Assembly (NCBI GenBank): GCA_051251855.1
Contig: JBPOGI010000001.1
Span: forward strand, 1,280,001 to 1,344,000
Direction of reading: 5' to 3'
Source: Roseibacillus sp.
GTDB lineage: Bacteria; Verrucomicrobiota; Verrucomicrobiia; Verrucomicrobiales; Akkermansiaceae
Length of the DNA stretch: 64,000 bases
Shown: positions 49,012 to 57,093 of the stretch, one piece after another
Position numbering within the stretch: the first letter of the stretch is position 1
Layout of the letters: every line of letters begins with the position of its first letter
The notes under the pieces: model-generated
Told to the model about the DNA's origin: nothing
Databases searched by the model: none
Seen by the model: only the letters and a program-made list of their open reading frames with translations
Program-made: the position numbers and the translations under genes

Positions 49012-50631
49012 TTAAAAATGAGAATTCCAGTGATTGAAACTTTCCGCAATACTGGTGAATGCAGGAAGATCACTATCGATAACAGTATGGACTTCACAGC
49101 TTTTCGTCCCATTCACCTTCGGACCACGTGTTGCTCTTCCAACCATCTGACTGTAAAGAGACAAGGAAGTAGTAGGACGAGTAATGATCACGGCTTGAGT
49201 CTGAGGAGCATCGAAACCGGTTGTAAGCACGCCGTAGTTAATCAAAATTTCGATTTCTCCAGATTTATATTCGGCAATGCGAGATGACCTCACCGCTCCT
49301 GGCGTCTTCCCGGTAACTAGTCCAACCTTCACCCCTTTATAAATTAAAAGAGCCGTCAGAGCCTCCGCGTGGGCAACCGAACACGCAAAGAGAATGGTTG
49401 GTAGCCCTCTTGCTATAACATCCAAAGTTCTCAAGATAATTTCGAAGTTTCGCTTAGTATCTTCCCCAAGCCGCTCCAGCATTTTAGGAGTAAAATCCTC
49501 TCCAATATCTAGCCGTTCTAGCTCGGATGAAGAAAAAAATAAATCAGATTTAGCCAACTTGAGGGGCCTGTATTCGACAAAAGACAAGTAACCTTCGGCT
49601 TGAAGAAATTGGATAGGTGAATCGAAGCCTTTAACCTCGAGCATTACCTTATTTTTATTGAAATATTGAGCAAATTTTGCATTTTCTTCTTCGTTCTCAG
49701 TAGATCTTCCCGGGGTAGCGGAAAGACCCAATAGGGATGCACTAAAAGCAGTGAGGTGTGTAACAACTGAATCGTAGGTAGGAGCCAAGATGCGATGCGC
49801 CTCATCAAAAACTACTAACGATGAATAAGAAAGAATTTGGTTTCTTTGAATCTGGTCCTTGAACGCCGCGTTCAACTTTTGCAAGCTAGCTACGACAATG
49901 CCAGGCTGAAGGTCGCTTAGAGGACAGGAGTAAGCGCCGTACAAACGAGTGAGTCTCTTTGGAGCCATCCCCAGAGCAGACCAGGCTTTATCAAATTCTT
50001 CAGCTGCTTGCGAACAAAGCTCCTCCGTATCAGCCAACCAGAATACAATCTTCTCGTCTCCCGATCTAATTTCATCATTAAGATGCTGGCAAATGATGCG
50101 CATCGCTGTCCGAGTCTTACCTGACCCGGTTGGCATGTGTAAAAGCGTTCGACCACCTTTTCTCAACAGTGCAGTTACTTTCTCGGCGGCATGCATCTGA
50201 TGCTCGAAGAGAGCGTATTTTGGAGAAATCAGCTCAGATTGCTCACACAGGTCTACTGCTTCTCTTTCCTCATAAACAGGCTTTATCAAACCAAAGAACT
50301 CTAACAACTGATCCTCTAAAGAAGAATCGTAGTTTAGCGCTACAGCCGTTTCCCAAGGATCATCTCCCTTGTCCACATTTACGGCCTCAAGAAAGGCCAC
50401 TACTTCACTCTCATCAAAATGACGTAATACACATCGTCTTCCCTTTTTGTCGAGGAGGATCCCTTCTGGCGTGTAGACATCACACAAGCATTGAGCCAGT
50501 TGAAGCTTATTCGTTTCGCCGCCAGAAACGTTTATCAGTGCGATGACCGCTGGAGAGACGAAAGTTTCGAAGTCTTCCATCCCGGCACGGGACAAAACTC
50601 TCGACAACTTTAAAGGTGACATATCGCGCAT
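49012..50631 (-). CDS. SF2 DEAH-box helicase (ResIII-like)
   Basis: MPTGSGKT, FDEAH, LSATP, LTTGFDAP, QMVGRATR; overlaps the end of the PAPS reductase gene. Confidence 0.92.
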   Translation of the reverse strand: MRDMSPLKLSRVLSRAGMEDFETFVSPAVIALINVSGGETNKLQLAQCLCDVYTPEGILLDKKGRRCVLRHFDESEVVAFLEAVNVDKGDDPWETAVALNYDSSLEDQLLEFFGLIKPVYEEREAVDLCEQSELISPKYALFEHQMHAAEKVTALLRKGGRTLLHMPTGSGKTRTAMRIICQHLNDEIRSGDEKIVFWLADTEELCSQAAEEFDKAWSALGMAPKRLTRLYGAYSCPLSDLQPGIVVASLQKLNAAFKDQIQRNQILSYSSLVVFDEAHRILAPTYDSVVTHLTAFSASLLGLSATPGRSTENEEENAKFAQYFNKNKVMLEVKGFDSPIQFLQAEGYLSFVEYRPLKLAKSDLFFSSSELERLDIGEDFTPKMLERLGEDTKRNFEIILRTLDVIARGLPTILFACSVAHAEALTALLIYKGVKVGLVTGKTPGAVRSSRIAEYKSGEIEILINYGVLTTGFDAPQTQAVIITRPTTSLSLYSQMVGRATRGPKVNGTKSCEVHTVIDSDLPAFTSIAESFNHWNSHF

Positions 50632-51428
50632 CCGTTCGTTTCGTCCACTGGTTGGATTGACTTCTTTTTCCCGGCAACAACTTGGTCTAAGGTTTTTCCG
50701 TCCACCCAGGTAAATTGCCTATCTCCGATCTTTTTTTCGTATTCCTTGGCCTTCTCAAATAAATCTGGGTGATGTTTTTTCAGATTTTGCCATTCTCCAA
50801 TCTGTTGATAAAAGCAAAAATAGCATCCTGAACGCGACCTCCAATCATAGTAGGATGGCCATCCCAAGCCCGTTTCTTCAAGGATGTCTCTTACTCCATC
50901 GATTCCAATCTCAGCATCTCTAAATGGGTAAACCGCCTGGATTGTGGGCTTCTGCGAAAACACAGGGGGCTTTTTCCCCTTGTAGCCCTCACGGTCTTCA
51001 TCGCCTCTAATCCCGATATAGGAAATCGCGGTTGAGCCTTCTAGATGTTTCTCGAGAGGCTTAATTTTTAAGGTTCCGGTGCACCACCGTGAACGAGCAC
51101 TCGGAAGGTAATTTGACCAAATCTCAGTCAGAAAAATATCGAAAGGATTACGGTCCTTTTCTTCGATATTCAGGTAATTGAAAGCATTGATTCTCTCGAT
51201 CTTTTTTCCGAGAAGACGCTCTAATTTCTCAAGGAAATCGTAGGTCTCAGGGAGTTCGCACTTGGTGTCACAAAAGACATACTCTGCAGGAATCTGAGGA
51301 AAGTTGAGTTTGAGATACAATGCAAGTGCGGCGGAATCCTTACCACCACTTATGTTGACGATGTGTCTTCTTTCAGAATCTTCCGTAATCGCCGCTAAGG
51401 CTTCTTCCATGGATATCATTGTACTCAT
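50610..51428 (-). CDS. PAPS reductase-family protein, SspD/DndC-like
   Basis: ISGGKDS PP-loop, RWCT, GIRGDE, RSGCYFCFYQ, terminal CAICHL. Confidence 0.88.
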   Translation of the reverse strand: MSTMISMEEALAAITEDSERRHIVNISGGKDSAALALYLKLNFPQIPAEYVFCDTKCELPETYDFLEKLERLLGKKIERINAFNYLNIEEKDRNPFDIFLTEIWSNYLPSARSRWCTGTLKIKPLEKHLEGSTAISYIGIRGDEDREGYKGKKPPVFSQKPTIQAVYPFRDAEIGIDGVRDILEETGLGWPSYYDWRSRSGCYFCFYQQIGEWQNLKKHHPDLFEKAKEYEKKIGDRQFTWVDGKTLDQVVAGKKKSIQPVDETNGCAICHL

Positions 51429-54400
51429 CAGCGGCGTTTTCCTTTCTCTTTGGTAGCTTTTCCAAGCGATTCTAGAAAATCTGCAGCCAACTCTTCTCCC
51501 CCGACATCTTTAAGTTTTTGCAAAGCTTCCTCAATCCGAGACTGAATCAAATTAATCATACCTTTCGACTCGGTCTTGCTCGGTTTTAGGGATGATACGT
51601 CCTTACCGAAGGCGAAGTCCTCTACACTGCGAATACTTTCGGATAGTGTCGTACTAAAGTTATCGACGTCCCCGTCACCCCAGCGAGAAACCGAAGAGGA
51701 TGAGAGTTTTGGTAGGTCGGAAAGTGAGTCGATGAGTTGAGCATCACCTTCATAGTCGAATTGCATTCGCATAAGGATAACGTAGTCGGGATGGCTCTTT
51801 GAAATAAACTTGCTAAAGCTCTTCGCCCAGTCGTGAGCAGCCTCGCGCGTTGTTCTTTTGTCTGAATCTGGCACCTGAAGCGCTCGCCGAAGGAACTTGG
51901 CTGCGGTCTCGCGGTATTTGACGGTCACCGATTCAATTTCGGTTTTTGCCTCCGCTACAGACTTTTGCAGCTGCGGCCCGGACTCATCCTCAAAGATTTG
52001 TGGGATTCTAGTTAAAAGCAGAAACACAGGATCGTTACTGCGAAGAAGAGCATTTCTTAGGTCTTTTGCCGGTTTGGAAAGCTGTCGCGACTCCCTAACA
52101 GCCTCCGGCAGCTGGCGAAGCCAAGCCTGCAGAGCCTCAAAAGTTTTCCTTATTAAATCGGACTCATCACCCAGATGTTTTTGTTGGCAGAACAAATGAC
52201 GTAGCTCTTCAAGGTAGCTCACAGTGTCAGAGTCCAAGGCGAGGACTTTGACTCTGAACCTCTCCGGCTGCTTGCAGATTGTTTCAATCACTGACGGCAG
52301 AACGTCTGCGATATATTCCCCGTCTTTGAGGAGGCTCGTTGAGACAGCGAATGCCTTAAGACCTGCAGCAAAAAGAATGGGAAGAACTCCTGCCCTAACT
52401 CCAAAGGGTGGTGCCTGTAAGGTATCAAACAATTCTTGGGGCGAGCGCCCTTCCGGACAAGGGTCACGAAAGAAGTCTTCAATCAATGCCCAAACTTTAG
52501 ACAATCCAGGATCTTCAATGGCTGAAGGCTTAGTAAATCCCCATCCGTCGCTGAAAGGTGCATAAAGCCCTGTGTTGAGCAGAACCGTTCTAAAGATTGC
52601 GGCGTCAGGAAAATTCCCGGTAATTCCAAGCCCTTCTTTCCCCGTTCTCTCTAAAAGTGCTAACAGAGCTTTCTTCCGAGAATTAATCATCACAGGGGTC
52701 GGCTTCTTCTTAACGATCAGCTCATTCTGAATAACAGGGGTATCAGGATAGCTTTTGCCAGTAATCGCAGACAAAAAGATTTCGAGCTGACGGACAGATT
52801 CAATTTCAAAATCTTGCCCGCAATAGACCCAATCGGTTCCACTGGCGGAAGGTACAACAAGCTTATCCACCAATTTTGTTAGGTGGAGCCGAGCATCATC
52901 AAGCATTTGCTTAATCTCGGGAAGGACAAGTGGATCTGATTCAATGAGACCCGAGTCTCTTTCCATGCTCGAAAGAGCCGCAACCTCGGTGGCAGCATCG
53001 CGGATTTGAAGAGGTTCTGAGGGAATAGCAAAGACAATCCGCTTGTTTACCGAATCCTTGGTCTTGCTCGTTAGATTGATGGCCTTCCTGGCCTGTGCGA
53101 TCTCGTCAGCGGTTTCTCCAAGGAGGTAACAGACACGACCATCCACTGTCGAATCAAGCTCGAGGACCTCCGGGCGAATCACATTGAGATGATCTAGAAA
53201 ATCCTGCGCTCGAAAGTAGACACTCTCGAAATAACGTCGTACCCCGAAGGTGTCATTGTGCTCTCGCGGCCTCCAGCAAGGAGGAAGACACTCCCGTAGG
53301 AGGAATTGATTGAGATTGAAGACGGCCGACAGCCGTTGCTTCTCGTCCTCAAGCTTTGTGCGAAGATCCAAATCGGCTCCATGCCAGATAGAGACTTCAT
53401 CAGAATGCTTTCGGTGCAGTAAAAGTTTACGCGCTACCAGATTCTCAATCGTAGTTTCGGCTTCCGCTCGCGAACCATAGGAGGCACAAGCTGATACAAC
53501 CTGGTCGAAATTTACGCGGTATCTTTGTCCAGAGCTACCTAAGCTCATTAGGCAACAGGTTTTGAGAGCTTCTTCTTCAGCTGTAGTCTGAGCCTTGGAA
53601 AGAGCGCTCTCTGTTTCTAGCCACTGCCTAAACGTCCCACCCGCCTCGGAGTCGGTTCGCATCTGGTCACTAAAGAAGTCGTAGAGAACAGACGGCGTTA
53701 TCTCTTTCTCCAAGTCCAACGTGAACAAAAAGGTGAATAGGGTTCTTTCGTTCTGTGAGACACGTGCCGCAATCTTCGGCAGGAGAGCCAATGTTGAGGG
53801 ACTCAACGGCCATGCCCTTTTGAAAATCTCAGTGAGTTCTTTAATTGAAAAATTGGTCCACATCCCCTGCGCCTTTAACGTCTTAGCGGAACTCGCAATC
53901 TTAGCTTGAGAAGGGCTCTGAAGATCTGGACTACGGGACGAAACAATCTCCCCAAGGAGCCGGTAGATTTCCTTGCTGTCTTCAATGTAGTCGAGAGTTT
54001 GGAAGCGACCTTCAATCTTCTTCCACTCTCGCTTTGCCCCCGAAGGAAGCTTCTTCCCGTAGTGCATGAATCCCTGATGAAGAAACAGACTGAGAACTGT
54101 CGGTATTTTCTTCTGACGGGATACTCTTTCAGCAAGAGTCTGGAGGTCATGAAGATTTCCAGTGAGCCCCTCCGAAACGAGATACTCGAGATGACGCCCA
54201 AACTCATCCCAGTAAATGACAACTCGATCAGCTGAGGCTTTCTCTGCTGAATCTCTTAGTGCTACCATTACATCCTCAAGTGAACTCTTCTCTGATATCT
54301 CGGCAACGGGATAAGTCGCCGATTTTTTGCCCAGCCTCTTTAAAGAAGCGATAGCCGCATTAGCGATAGCGAGCGGAAGCGATTCAATCGCGCCCTCAAG

Positions 54401-54769
54401 GGCTAGGCCAAGGCCTTGCTCGCCACTTTCGATCCTTTGAATTGCAGCTTTTGAACTCGCAGCACTCACTTCACTCATTCTGCTCGCAATCTCAGAAAGA
54501 ATGGTTGCTCCCTTTCCCCGGTTCTCCACAAGTTGCAAGGCAAAGGTCGATGCTAGGCTCTTACCGGAACCGTATGGTGCGGTAACAAGAAACTCTCGTC
54601 CTTCCGTCTGACCTAGAAGCTTCTCAATGAGATCGACTGATTTTGCAGTTGGAAAAAAATGCGCAATTCTACCTGCGTCTCCTGCATCAAGAGCGACGTT
54701 TATAGACCGAAGGAAACGCTCTTGGGTTATCCGACTTTCTGGAGCTTTTTGTCTAGTTTTTGCCGCCAT
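51428..54769 (-). CDS. Large P-loop ATPase, SspC-like
   Basis: APYGSGKS, YWDEFG, EWKKIEGRF, QNERTLFTFL, PPFGVRAG; lies between DUF4007 and PAPS reductase. Start 54769 (alternative 54814). Confidence 0.8.
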   Translation of the reverse strand: MAAKTRQKAPESRITQERFLRSINVALDAGDAGRIAHFFPTAKSVDLIEKLLGQTEGREFLVTAPYGSGKSLASTFALQLVENRGKGATILSEIASRMSEVSAASSKAAIQRIESGEQGLGLALEGAIESLPLAIANAAIASLKRLGKKSATYPVAEISEKSSLEDVMVALRDSAEKASADRVVIYWDEFGRHLEYLVSEGLTGNLHDLQTLAERVSRQKKIPTVLSLFLHQGFMHYGKKLPSGAKREWKKIEGRFQTLDYIEDSKEIYRLLGEIVSSRSPDLQSPSQAKIASSAKTLKAQGMWTNFSIKELTEIFKRAWPLSPSTLALLPKIAARVSQNERTLFTFLFTLDLEKEITPSVLYDFFSDQMRTDSEAGGTFRQWLETESALSKAQTTAEEEALKTCCLMSLGSSGQRYRVNFDQVVSACASYGSRAEAETTIENLVARKLLLHRKHSDEVSIWHGADLDLRTKLEDEKQRLSAVFNLNQFLLRECLPPCWRPREHNDTFGVRRYFESVYFRAQDFLDHLNVIRPEVLELDSTVDGRVCYLLGETADEIAQARKAINLTSKTKDSVNKRIVFAIPSEPLQIRDAATEVAALSSMERDSGLIESDPLVLPEIKQMLDDARLHLTKLVDKLVVPSASGTDWVYCGQDFEIESVRQLEIFLSAITGKSYPDTPVIQNELIVKKKPTPVMINSRKKALLALLERTGKEGLGITGNFPDAAIFRTVLLNTGLYAPFSDGWGFTKPSAIEDPGLSKVWALIEDFFRDPCPEGRSPQELFDTLQAPPFGVRAGVLPILFAAGLKAFAVSTSLLKDGEYIADVLPSVIETICKQPERFRVKVLALDSDTVSYLEELRHLFCQQKHLGDESDLIRKTFEALQAWLRQLPEAVRESRQLSKPAKDLRNALLRSNDPVFLLLTRIPQIFEDESGPQLQKSVAEAKTEIESVTVKYRETAAKFLRRALQVPDSDKRTTREAAHDWAKSFSKFISKSHPDYVILMRMQFDYEGDAQLIDSLSDLPKLSSSSVSRWGDGDVDNFSTTLSESIRSVEDFAFGKDVSSLKPSKTESKGMINLIQSRIEEALQKLKDVGGEELAADFLESLGKATKEKGKRR

Positions 54770-55683
54770 GATTTTAGCTTTGATTGTTCGTTCGATAGTG
54801 ACAATTTCAGCCACTCCTCTTTTGGTGCGTTCTTGATTTCGACCATTCGGTTACCCGCCATCCCGCGAACTCTGATCCACTCTTCACCCAATTCCTGCTC
54901 TGCCTTGAGAGCATAATCGTAGAGTTCTTCTGGACGCATCAGCAGAGCGCGTCCCGGGCCCGAACGACGTGACACGGCGTCCCCAATCGAGAGGGAAACG
55001 TAATCTTTGTCGTCCTCCGAAGAATCCTTAGCCCCACTTGCCATTACGCTGTAACCCAGCATGGTAGACGGAATCGACTTCATCCCGAATTGGGGAATAT
55101 AAAAACCCGACTCTCTCGAAAAAGTAAGTAAACCAAGACGAAGAAATGGGCAGTCTTTGGTATCCTCCGGTGTCAGGTCGAGCCGAGGTATCGTCTGGGC
55201 ATAACTGGCTAGAATCACTGAAACGTCCTTCTCTAGAGTCTTTTGTGCCGGACATCTGAAGCTCGGATTGTATTCGAGACTTCGTTTTAAGCTCTCCACG
55301 CAATAGGCCTTTTCAAAACGATTCGCTTTAAAGTCGTTGAAAAACCAGTTCCAAGCGAAGGCAAAGTTGGAGTTGTTTACCAGATTCACATGCAAGGCCC
55401 ACCAAGTCGCCTCTGATTGAAAGTAAGGATCAAATTCCTGAATCACTTTCGCAAGCTCACTTCTCTCGGTGACCTTCCCGCTTTCAGCTTCGAGAATTCC
55501 ATTCGTTAGCATTGTTGCGCTTAGCCAATGCCGAATCGATTTAATCATATTGCTACCGACACCAAGGATGTCAGCGGCCTCAGGAGACAAGAGCCCTTCT
55601 TCTCCAGGAACGTCGCAGATAGAGAGCCCCTTACGAAGCCACCCGTCCCTCAAATGGAATGTTTCGTGTCCTGCAAATTTCAT
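54727..55683 (-). CDS. DUF4007-family protein, SspB-like
   Basis: FAGHETFHLRDGWLRKG, LGVGSNMIKSIRHWL, DPYF..TWWALH, CPFLRLGL. Confidence 0.88.
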   Translation of the reverse strand: MKFAGHETFHLRDGWLRKGLSICDVPGEEGLLSPEAADILGVGSNMIKSIRHWLSATMLTNGILEAESGKVTERSELAKVIQEFDPYFQSEATWWALHVNLVNNSNFAFAWNWFFNDFKANRFEKAYCVESLKRSLEYNPSFRCPAQKTLEKDVSVILASYAQTIPRLDLTPEDTKDCPFLRLGLLTFSRESGFYIPQFGMKSIPSTMLGYSVMASGAKDSSEDDKDYVSLSIGDAVSRRSGPGRALLMRPEELYDYALKAEQELGEEWIRVRGMAGNRMVEIKNAPKEEWLKLSLSNEQSKLKSWRQKLDKKLQKVG

Positions 55684-56804
55684 GATACGAGAAGTTGTGA
55701 TTGCCGAAGCAGTTGAGTGAAGCTCGAGCCAATTCTGTTCACGGCGAGATCAACTTCCTCCGGTGAGTTGTAAATTGAAAAAGAAAACCTTATACTCGAA
55801 CGCGCGACTTCCTCAGAAACCCCCATGGCAGTGAGCACATAGGAGGGTTCGGGACGTCCAGTAATGCAAGCTGACACCTGAGAACAGATCACTCCTACAA
55901 GATCGAGTTTTGCGACAAGAGCGGCACCATCGACTCCCTCGAATTGAATGTTGGTAGTATTGGGGATACGCGGGCTTGTTGCTCCATTAATTCTCAATTC
56001 GGAATGAGATGAAAGAAGCTTGGATTCAAATTTGTTCCGTAATGACTCGAGGTATGCTGCGTTATTTCGTTCCGAAGCGAGGCGCTCCTGAACCACTGCT
56101 CCAAATGCAATAATCCCAGGTGAGTTCGGAGTATGTATATTTGAAAATAGAGTCTCGAAGTCACCCTGACTGTCTCCCACTAGGATTACCCCTACTCCTT
56201 GCGGTCCATGCATTTTGTGTGCGGTGAAGGTCATGAAGTCAATTCGTCCGACAAGGTCGGGATCAATTTCAATCTTCCCTACTACCTGGGCAGCGTCGAC
56301 ATGAAGAGTCGCGCCATGAAGCTTGCAAATTTCGACAATTTCGCAGATGGGCTGAAGTACCCCGGTCTCACTGTTAGCCCACTGAATCGAAACGGCTCGA
56401 CACTCGTTCTTCTCGAGCTTGAGTTTAAATGCCCCTAAATCGATCAGCCCGTTAGATTCCACAGGGAGAGAAAAAACCTTCTTGGACCGAATGCCTGAGT
56501 AGGCTTCAACTACAGAAGAATGTTCGGTTTCAAGAAAAGCCAAAACCTCACACTCCTTTGCCATGTGCTCTATGACCTTTCGATTTGCCTCTGCCCCCCC
56601 CGAAGTAAATCCAACGGACATTTCGTTGTCGGTTCCAAGAAATCTCGCAACACGATAAGCGGTTTGATTGATTGCACTGCGTGCGGATTCACCCACTCCG
56701 TGAATATTCGAAGGATTTCCCCACAACTCTCCAAGAGCGCGGTTCATCTCTTGAACAGCAACCCTCGACGGCATTGTTGTGCTATTATTGTCTAAGTAGA
56801 TCAT
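55680..56804 (-). CDS. Cysteine desulfurase (IscS/DndA/SspA-like)
   Basis: MIYLDNNSTT, GNPS, HVDAAQ, AHKMHGPQGVG (PLP Lys), SQVSAC (catalytic Cys), SIRFS; 4-bp overlaps with both neighbours. Confidence 0.9.
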   Translation of the reverse strand: MIYLDNNSTTMPSRVAVQEMNRALGELWGNPSNIHGVGESARSAINQTAYRVARFLGTDNEMSVGFTSGGAEANRKVIEHMAKECEVLAFLETEHSSVVEAYSGIRSKKVFSLPVESNGLIDLGAFKLKLEKNECRAVSIQWANSETGVLQPICEIVEICKLHGATLHVDAAQVVGKIEIDPDLVGRIDFMTFTAHKMHGPQGVGVILVGDSQGDFETLFSNIHTPNSPGIIAFGAVVQERLASERNNAAYLESLRNKFESKLLSSHSELRINGATSPRIPNTTNIQFEGVDGAALVAKLDLVGVICSQVSACITGRPEPSYVLTAMGVSEEVARSSIRFSFSIYNSPEEVDLAVNRIGSSFTQLLRQSQLLVS

Positions 56805-57040
56805 AGGGAAGGATCTCCTCTCATCTTTGAATGTGGGGAATCAAATCCATCTTTGGATTGAAGATTTGTAGCCTGACTAGCAAACAACGACGGCTGCTTT
56901 TTATCTTCAACGTAACCGGTTGCTTTCTCAAGGAACCACGCCTTCAGATTGGTCTCATCTTCACGAAGAGCCGAATAAAGTTCATTTTTGAACTCCGGTT
57001 CTAAATCGATCACTATCCTTCCTGAATCACTCCGTGGCAC
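56801..57040 (-). CDS. Small ribbon-helix-helix-like protein, putative regulator
   Basis: GRIVIDLEPEFKNELYSALREDETNLKAWF strand-helix-helix pattern; GTG 57040 preferred over ATG 57058. Confidence 0.65.
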   Translation of the reverse strand: MPRSDSGRIVIDLEPEFKNELYSALREDETNLKAWFLEKATGYVEDKKQPSLFASQATNLQSKDGFDSPHSKMRGDPSL

Positions 57041-57041
57041 C

Positions 57042-57065
57042 CATGTAACATGGCTCATGTAACAT
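57042..57065. promoter_or_regulatory. Tandem palindromic operator candidate
   Basis: CATGTAACAT at 57042 and 57056 (14-bp period); core ATGT-A-ACAT is an interrupted palindrome directly upstream of the GTG start. Confidence 0.6.
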
Positions 57066-57093
57066 CGCTCTTGAAAGAAAAATCTCTCAGCTC

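Noticed and set aside
50610..56804. CysH sulfate assimilation, Isc Fe-S cluster genes, BREX type 4 or DndABCDE
   Set aside because: No cys or isc partners, no PglZ/BrxL, no DndB/D/E recognised; gene order fits an SspABCD-like module
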